This document shows positions 57,706 through 64,000 of a stretch of DNA of 64,000 bases, piece by piece. The translations under genes and the position numbers were made by a program. The notes beneath the pieces are model-generated. The model saw only the letters and a list, made by a program, of their open reading frames with translations, was not told the origin of the DNA and searched no databases. The first letter of the stretch is position 1, and each line of letters begins with the position of its first letter. The stretch lies in contig OZ223236.1 in assembly GCA_965140445.1 (NCBI GenBank), positions 3,328,001 to 3,392,000 of the forward strand. The letters run 5' to 3'. The stretch comes from Candidatus Ozemobacteraceae bacterium. GTDB taxonomy: Bacteria > Muiribacteriota > Ozemobacteria > Ozemobacterales > Ozemobacteraceae.

Positions 57706-59115
57706 TTATTGCGAAACCTTTTCCGCCACCACAACCTGTGTTAAACCTGGTAACTTAAGATTTTTTTCCCAGAAAGCCAATTTATTAACTAATGTGTCGG
57801 CTATTTTAGCAAAAACCAGCGGCAATTCTTCCCTGTCAGCCTTTTTAATTAAATATTTCCAGATAATTAAGGCCGGGTAATTGGATTGAAATGTGCTCAA
57901 AACCCTAAAGCCGCTTTTTTCAACCAGATCTATTGCCGATTTTTCTGAATAACGTCTCAGATAACCAAGTTTTCTCTCATAACTACCCATTTCCTGGTGA
58001 CCAGGAACTGAAATTAACAATCTTCCCTTATCTTTGAGCAAAGAGTGCAAATTATCTAAAATCATTTTTTCGTCCTGGAAAAATTGGAGCTGATTCAGAA
58101 AAATTGCGGTGTCAAAATTAGAAATCATTTCCGTTGGCGGCTTTTCTTCTATATTAAGATGAGCAACCTCCATCCTGTTTTTTCCCTCAAATCCTTTATC
58201 CAGTAAGTCCAGCAATTCTTTGCGAGATTCTGTAAGAGTTATCTTTTCTCTTATTGGAAGTATTCGGCTGATGCTTCCAATTCCTGAGCCTATTTCAATT
58301 ATGTTATCTCCTAAATATGGCCAAACTCCAAGAACTAAACGCTTTTGTGCATGATGAGTAAACTCAAGATCATCATATGAATTAAGAATCTGATCCTTCT
58401 GGTAACAATCATCTATAAGCCAGAACTTTAGAATCGTATAAATAGCAGCAAAACCGTCTTTCCAGGTAATCTTTTTACCTTCGCCGTAGCTTCTTCCATT
58501 GTAAGAAACTGGAACTTCGTAGATGGTACAATGACGTTTCGCAACTTTAGCTGTGATTTCTGGTTCAATTCCAAATCTACAGGATCTGAACGGAATTGTT
58601 TTTAAAACATCAGCTCTAAATGCTTTATATCCCGTTTCCATGTCGGTCAGATTCAGCCCCGTGGCTAAGTTGCTCAAAAAAGTAAGAAATTTATTTCCCG
58701 CCTGATGGTGATAATTCAAAATTTTTCGGGCTGGTGAGATAGTGAAACGAGAGCCATAAACCACATCAGCCAATCCATCCAGCAAAGGCTTCAGCACAGC
58801 AGGAATATCTGCTGGATCATATTCCATGTCAGCATCCTGGAAAAGTATGAATTCCCCGGAAGCTTCCGAAATACCTCGTTGTAACGCAGCACCCTTCCCA
58901 CAATTCTGATCCTGATAAACAGCTCTAAAAAAGTCAAAATCGTTTTCCAGTTCAGCCAAAACCTCTCGCGTCCCGTCAGTGGAACCATCATCAACAGCAA
59001 TAATCTCAAGGCTTAATGGCAAAGTCTGGCAAACCTTACCCAGTTTGCTAATACATTCATGGATAAAGGGCCGCTCATTGAACACAGGAACAATTATTGA
59101 AAGCTTCTTACTCAT
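57706..59115 (-). CDS. GT2 (DPM-synthase-like) glycosyltransferase fused to a class I SAM methyltransferase domain
   Basis: IIVPVFNE, VDDGSTDGT, QDADMEYDP, VVYGSRF, TDMETGYK; then EIGSGIG and LRRY. Likely start at ATG 59115, overlapping the upstream stop. Confidence 0.88.
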   Translation of the reverse strand: MSKKLSIIVPVFNERPFIHECISKLGKVCQTLPLSLEIIAVDDGSTDGTREVLAELENDFDFFRAVYQDQNCGKGAALQRGISEASGEFILFQDADMEYDPADIPAVLKPLLDGLADVVYGSRFTISPARKILNYHHQAGNKFLTFLSNLATGLNLTDMETGYKAFRADVLKTIPFRSCRFGIEPEITAKVAKRHCTIYEVPVSYNGRSYGEGKKITWKDGFAAIYTILKFWLIDDCYQKDQILNSYDDLEFTHHAQKRLVLGVWPYLGDNIIEIGSGIGSISRILPIREKITLTESRKELLDLLDKGFEGKNRMEVAHLNIEEKPPTEMISNFDTAIFLNQLQFFQDEKMILDNLHSLLKDKGRLLISVPGHQEMGSYERKLGYLRRYSEKSAIDLVEKSGFRVLSTFQSNYPALIIWKYLIKKADREELPLVFAKIADTLVNKLAFWEKNLKLPGLTQVVVAEKVSQ

Positions 59116-60997
59116 GCCGAAAAACCAAAATTTCCAAGATTTTCCTGATTTTTGCATACTCAGGGTTGTTGGGATCAAAGTCCTTTGAATTCACAAAATA
59201 AGCATACCACAAGATTGGATTAATTTTACTAGCAGAAGCGTCTGCTTCAAACCCTTCACACCCAGTCGCCGCCAGAAAGCCCCTTAACAAGTGATTCGCC
59301 TGGTTCTTGAGAAGTGAGTTTTTCCAAATGGTCCAGCCCCTGATTTTGTCATTGAGCACCTTATACACGTAACAGCCCTTTATTAGAGCGATGTCTTCAT
59401 AATTGATGTCGTTTTTTATAACAAAATCCAACTCTTTCTCTATAGATTTAAGGGTAAGGTTGCTGCGGATATCTCCTGTTAAAACCATATTTGTGAAGCC
59501 AACAAGCCTGAGCCTGATTCCGTTTATGTTCTGTGGATCTAATTCCAGAGCTTTTCCAGCCCATTCAAATTGTTGATTATAATCATTAATTCTAGCGCTG
59601 CTTTGTGCCATGAGAAGCATATCAGATACGTATGTGTCCGTGCTTTTTGCATCAAAAAAATTGTTGAAAGTAAGAAAGCTCAAAGCAATCAAAATAACCA
59701 AACTTTTTGCCCCGAATAGCCTTTGTTTATCGATAAGAAATACTCCAGAAGCCAGTATTGTAACAAAAGGCACTAATAGCATTCTGAATCTTGCGCTTAC
59801 ATAAAAGCCTAATATGCCTATAGATAAAAGGCAAATTGCCAGACACAGTAATTTAAATTTTCTTGTCCAGGTGTTATGTAAACCTAACACCATTCCTGCC
59901 ATAACAAAAATCAGGGCCCAACAGATCGGATTGTATCTCAAAGTCGGTATCAAAGCCTTGTGAAAAGAAAATGTTTTGTTATTGTACTGTTCAAAATTAT
60001 TAAAGAGATAAAAAACTTTCTTTATATATAAATAAATCCAGGCTTTCGGGTTAGAGCAAATATCAGACAAGGTTCTATTGCGCCAATAGGCATTAAACTT
60101 ATCAATACTGAAATTTTGGTTGCTGGATTTGTTTTCTTTTTGATAGAGAATTTCCGATTCCAATCGACCAGGATTTCTGGAAAGCTGCCTGTCTGGCAAA
60201 TAAATAGTCTGTTTATAATACCGGCCGTTGGCACCTGATTTATTTGCTGAATACAGGTTATAAGCTCCTTGCCATGGAAGCAGCCGAAACTGCCCCCCTA
60301 CCCTCAGATTAACAATTCCGCCGCCTATAATCGTTATGAGCAGACCGGCAAAAGCAAACATCGCCATACGTTTCTTTTGTTTAAATAGAAATGGAGTCAA
60401 AACAAAAATACCAGCTAAAGGAAGAACGTTTGCTCTGATTAATGAACCAATTCCAAGAACTATGCCCGCAAGTAATCCACTAAGATCCTTTCTTGAATCC
60501 TGCAAAAAAAGGTAAAAAGATCCCAATGCAAAGGTCAATCCCATTGTTATATCAAGCGGATCTACTGCAAAATAAACCACAAGAGGATTTAAGCCATAAA
60601 TTAGCAGAACAAACAACGATGAATAAACATTCTCCCATAAAAAACCGGCGAGCAATGTAACAAGAAGAGTGTTAACCAGGTGAAAGATTAATCCGCTTAT
60701 CCCGACGAATTGCATTATATTTTCGGGATTTGCGCCAAACTTAAACAGCAACGACAGAAAAAATGGGTAGCCCATCGCTCTGTAGAATGGTTCTTCAGGA
60801 AGATTGTTTGATAAGATTTTCTGTGCAAGAGCAACATTTTCCGCCCCATCAAGAACAGGCTCCTGTCCAAGTGGAGTTTGCCAAAAGCTCAAAAGGTGAA
60901 TGAAAAAATAAAGAACAATTATTAAAAATAGAACCTTAAAAATATTTTGTGAACTGTATCCACAAATTGTTTTTCTATTTTCAAACTCTGTATTCAT
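59108..60997 (-). CDS. GT-C (ArnT/GT39-like) membrane glycosyltransferase with C-terminal TPR-like region
   Basis: P.LD...(early loop)...PFYR..GYP.FL; many TM segments; ARFR. Confidence 0.7.
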   Translation of the reverse strand: MNTEFENRKTICGYSSQNIFKVLFLIIVLYFFIHLLSFWQTPLGQEPVLDGAENVALAQKILSNNLPEEPFYRAMGYPFFLSLLFKFGANPENIMQFVGISGLIFHLVNTLLVTLLAGFLWENVYSSLFVLLIYGLNPLVVYFAVDPLDITMGLTFALGSFYLFLQDSRKDLSGLLAGIVLGIGSLIRANVLPLAGIFVLTPFLFKQKKRMAMFAFAGLLITIIGGGIVNLRVGGQFRLLPWQGAYNLYSANKSGANGRYYKQTIYLPDRQLSRNPGRLESEILYQKENKSSNQNFSIDKFNAYWRNRTLSDICSNPKAWIYLYIKKVFYLFNNFEQYNNKTFSFHKALIPTLRYNPICWALIFVMAGMVLGLHNTWTRKFKLLCLAICLLSIGILGFYVSARFRMLLVPFVTILASGVFLIDKQRLFGAKSLVILIALSFLTFNNFFDAKSTDTYVSDMLLMAQSSARINDYNQQFEWAGKALELDPQNINGIRLRLVGFTNMVLTGDIRSNLTLKSIEKELDFVIKNDINYEDIALIKGCYVYKVLNDKIRGWTIWKNSLLKNQANHLLRGFLAATGCEGFEADASASKINPILWYAYFVNSKDFDPNNPEYAKIRKILEILVFRHE

Positions 60998-61018
60998 AAA
61001 CTTACTTCTGCTCGCTTT

Positions 61019-61738
61019 TTATTTTTTAGCAATCAGTAAAAGATTTTTCCCAAAGGGCGGAGTGAACTTTTTCTCTACCTTTCTAAGAAAAGGAACAACC
61101 AGATTGTCGTACAATGCAACATTACTACAAGATGGTTCTTGTTTTAACATTACAAATGCAAAAAACCATGGCACAATGCCCAGAGAGTCAAAGTATTTTG
61201 ATTGAACCACCTTAAAACCAGCTTTTTTAACTTTTTCTTCAAGTGGTTCCTTGCGATAACGGCGATAATGCCCCACCCTTTTATCAAAATTACTGTAAAG
61301 AAAGTTAAAAGCAGGAACAAATATTAATAATGTTCCATCATCTTTTAAAACTTTAAAGGCGGTTTCTAAAGCTGAAAAATCGTTTTTGATATGCTCCAGA
61401 ACATTAATAAATAGAACTGAATCAAAGTTTTCTGATTTTCTAAAACTATTATTCTTAAATGGGCCATTGATTAGCTCAACTATTTTATTTTTCGCAAACC
61501 GTTTTGCCAGTTCAGGAAAAATGTTCTCTGATGGCTCAATAGCTACAAGCTGTTCAGGATTACTTTGCAGCAATATTTCTGAAAAACTACCATTTCCTGC
61601 TCCCACTTCGATTAATCTCTTTCCTATAAAGGGCTTGAGTTCATCATAAATCCAGGAATGATAGTTTACCGCAAAATTCATGGCTTCTAGATCTTTGCCG
61701 TAATACTTAGCTTTTTCAGTTTTATTGCTTATTTCCAT
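61019..61738 (-). CDS. Class I SAM-dependent methyltransferase
   Basis: EVGAGNG, NVLEHI..D, VPA...LYS.FD..VGHYRRY. Confidence 0.88.
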   Translation of the reverse strand: MEISNKTEKAKYYGKDLEAMNFAVNYHSWIYDELKPFIGKRLIEVGAGNGSFSEILLQSNPEQLVAIEPSENIFPELAKRFAKNKIVELINGPFKNNSFRKSENFDSVLFINVLEHIKNDFSALETAFKVLKDDGTLLIFVPAFNFLYSNFDKRVGHYRRYRKEPLEEKVKKAGFKVVQSKYFDSLGIVPWFFAFVMLKQEPSCSNVALYDNLVVPFLRKVEKKFTPPFGKNLLLIAKK

Positions 61739-62029
61739 ATATAATAGAGATTTACCACAATTCCTCTTGTTGTGTACACAAAATTCTAAATGTTATGTAA
61801 ACCAGATTAATTTAAATTTGCTCTGAAATCTTATTTCTGGCTTTTTTGTTAACAATTATGTATGCTAGTGACCAGCAAAAAGAAGCGAATAAAAAAAAAT
61901 CAAAGTTTTTTAAAACTTTACTGGAATTTTTTTCTTTTTCGTGCTAATATTTGGATTCCCATGATTAACACAGCCCTGTAAATCATCGGTTTAACCTTCA
62001 AACCTTCTTTAAACTATTGGGGGGTATAA

Positions 62030-62341
62030 ATGTACGCCATTATCGAATTAGGTGGAAGACAGTATAACGTAGAAAAAGGCAGCAGAATTCGCTGCGAAAA
62101 ACTTGCTCAGGAAGCAAATGCTACTATTTCCATAGACAAAGTTCTCATGGTTAAAGATGGTGAAAAAGTGCAAGTTGGACAGCCCTATCTCAAGGGTGCT
62201 GAAGTAAAAGCAAAAGTTGTTGGTCATGCACGTGGAAAGAAAGTTATTGTTTTTAAATATAAAAGCAAAAGCAACTACCGCAGAAAACTTGGCCACAGAC
62301 AGCATTTTACCAGTCTTCTTATCGAAGATATTAAATGCTAA
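62030..62341 (+). CDS. rplU: 50S ribosomal protein L21
   Basis: MYAIIELGGRQY.V, G.PY..GA.V, GHRQ.FT. Confidence 0.97.
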   Translation: MYAIIELGGRQYNVEKGSRIRCEKLAQEANATISIDKVLMVKDGEKVQVGQPYLKGAEVKAKVVGHARGKKVIVFKYKSKSNYRRKLGHRQHFTSLLIEDIKC

Positions 62342-62674
62342 ATGATTTTTGTCGACTTTCCGCCACCCGGAAAGAAGAGCGTTAGTTTAAAAATTAGCGG
62401 TCATTCCGGGATGGATGAGAAAGGTAAAGATATTGTCTGTTCGGCAGTATCGGCCCTTGCTCAAACATTTGCGGGTGGAATTGAAAGTCAACTGCAGGCA
62501 AAAGTTTCTGGCAAGTTGGAAGCGGGTCACTGTGATCTGATTTTCCAAGTGCCAGAAAAGTTTGCAAGTGATCTGGCAAAAATTTGTGAAATTTTTAGGT
62601 TCGGGTTCCATAAGATTGCAAAATCGTATCCGGAACATGTAAAATTGATTAAATCACCTCAGGGGGATAAGTAA
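62342..62674 (+). CDS. prp: Ribosomal-processing cysteine protease Prp family
   Basis: SGHSG...DIVCSAVS, I...YP.HV; canonical position between rplU and rpmA. Confidence 0.85.
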   Translation: MIFVDFPPPGKKSVSLKISGHSGMDEKGKDIVCSAVSALAQTFAGGIESQLQAKVSGKLEAGHCDLIFQVPEKFASDLAKICEIFRFGFHKIAKSYPEHVKLIKSPQGDK

Positions 62675-62675
62675 T

Positions 62676-62939
62676 ATGGCTCATAAGAAAGGTCAAGGCT
62701 CAACCACTAACGGTCGTGATAGTAATGCTCAAAATTTGGGCGTTAAAAAATATGACGGGCAAGCAGTTATAGCCGGAAACATCATCATTCGTCAACGTGG
62801 AACACCAATCAATCCAGGCCTCAATGTTGGTCTTGGAAAAGATGATACCTTGTTCGCTCTTACCGATGGAACAGTAAAATTCGGTAGACGCAAAGCAAGA
62901 AGAGTTGTTGACGTTATTCCTACAGAATCTGTAGCGTAA
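62676..62939 (+). CDS. rpmA: 50S ribosomal protein L27
   Basis: [36 protein letters not shown]. Confidence 0.98.
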   Translation: MAHKKGQGSTTNGRDSNAQNLGVKKYDGQAVIAGNIIIRQRGTPINPGLNVGLGKDDTLFALTDGTVKFGRRKARRVVDVIPTESVA

Positions 62940-62947
62940 CTAACGAT

Positions 62948-62987
62948 CAATAAAAAACCGCCCTTTGCAGAGGGCGGTTTTTTATTG
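62948..62987. terminator. Bidirectional intrinsic terminator
   Basis: CAATAAAAAACCGCCCT...AGGGCGGTTTTTTATTG. Confidence 0.9.
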
Positions 62988-62996
62988 CCAATTTTT

Positions 62997-64000
62997 TCAG
63001 TATTTAAAAGTCTTTAACCCTATTGATAGAGTTTTCAGGTCATTGAATTCTTTTTCTTTGGAAATAGAAGAAAAATCCATTTTCGAAATGATATTCGCTA
63101 TTTTTTTTGCGGTATTACCGGCAAAATATGGATTTTTGCATACCTTCAAAACATTCTGGTATTCCTCTGAGAACACATAGTTGATTCCCTGGCGAAGATT
63201 TTCTCCCAGATAACCAATATCAATAACCGATTGGGCTTTCAATCTGCCAGCTTGCCTTCTACCTATATTAATTACCGGAACGCGCAGTGAAGGGATTTCA
63301 ACAACTCCGCTCGATGAATTACCAATGACAATTTTGGACAGTTTACAAAGAGACAAATATGCGCGTCTTCCGCAGGACTGAATAAAATGAAACCGCTCAG
63401 GGTTTTCCTCGCAGATAATTTTAAGCTTTTGATTGATCTTTGGGCCACCCGGATCAGAATTTGCGCCAGTGAAAAAGATTTGAAAATCAGGCAACTCGGT
63501 TTGAAGAACCCCCACAAGTTTTAAAAGATACGAATATACCTTCCCTGGAGAGCAGGTTTCAGGATGCAAAGTTACAACCACATTTTTTTCTCCTGGTTTA
63601 AACCCTGTAACTTCAAATAGTTCATCGGGACCAAGAAATTCAAAATCTTCCAGATCAGCCAGACCAAGGTCGCCAACATTAAAAACCGCCTCTGATTGTT
63701 CTCCAAGCTGAATAACTCTTTGCCGGTATTCTTCGGTGGCAACAAAATGAATGTCGGCAAGTTTAGTAATGCTATGTCTCAAACAATCATCCAATGCCCC
63801 AGAAGTTAACTCTCCCCCTGAAATATGGCAAAGGGGAATTTGCATCAATCTGGCAATAGAGGCAACCATGAAAATTTCATACCGGTCACCCAGAACAATT
63901 ATTAAATCAGGAGCAAGCTTTTTGATTTCCTCAGGTATTAATCTAAAACCTTGTGACAACTGTTCAAACATATCCGGTTCATAAATGCCTTCTTTTCCTA
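62997..64000 (-). CDS. neuC: UDP-N-acetylglucosamine 2-epimerase (hydrolysing, NeuC-like), 5'-truncated by the window edge
   Basis: LGDRYE, HISGGE.T.GALDD..RHSITKL, VTLHPET, GNSSSG..E.PS, INIG.RQ.GR. The frame is open to the window end. Confidence 0.88.
   Translation of the reverse strand, partial: GKEGIYEPDMFEQLSQGFRLIPEEIKKLAPDLIIVLGDRYEIFMVASIARLMQIPLCHISGGELTSGALDDCLRHSITKLADIHFVATEEYRQRVIQLGEQSEAVFNVGDLGLADLEDFEFLGPDELFEVTGFKPGEKNVVVTLHPETCSPGKVYSYLLKLVGVLQTELPDFQIFFTGANSDPGGPKINQKLKIICEENPERFHFIQSCGRRAYLSLCKLSKIVIGNSSSGVVEIPSLRVPVINIGRRQAGRLKAQSVIDIGYLGENLRQGINYVFSEEYQNVLKVCKNPYFAGNTAKKIANIISKMDFSSISKEKEFNDLKTLSIGLKTFKY

Overview
AT-rich bacterial chromosomal segment. A CP..C..HG pilin-like protein is reminiscent of Candidatus Riflebacteria, but that assignment is a tentative impression only. 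Housekeeping and metabolic genes (asnS, oadGAB, katA, proS, proline dehydrogenase, rplU-prp-rpmA, neuC, glycosyltransferases) are mixed with accessory genes. The main discovery is a non-canonical integron-like element at about 13.3-19.5 kb. A tyrosine recombinase that lacks the IntI-specific insertion but carries an extra HARP-like N-terminal domain sits upstream of, and co-oriented with, a single ~5.0-kb gene cassette encoding an Avs4 (AVAST type 4) anti-phage nuclease. The cassette starts at a GTT core next to a palindromic attI-like site and ends in a 94-bp attC-like hairpin. Its two ends also carry ~57-bp bipartite inverted repeats that would extend the hairpin in an excised circle. Other notable items: a translationally coupled MoxR ATPase / HEXXH-vWA / adenylate-forming-enzyme operon running into pnuC-nadR; a dif-like Xer site plus a separate XerD-arm-like half-site; a Prp protease beside an L27 that lacks the cleavable extension; a CPR-like short ProRS; a 13-repeat IPT/TIG lipoprotein with period-3 superstructure; an unannotated 39-aa Lys-rich ORF; and two decayed genes beside the integrase. 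No rRNA, tRNA or CRISPR array was seen. All family assignments come from motif recognition by eye; no database searches were run.
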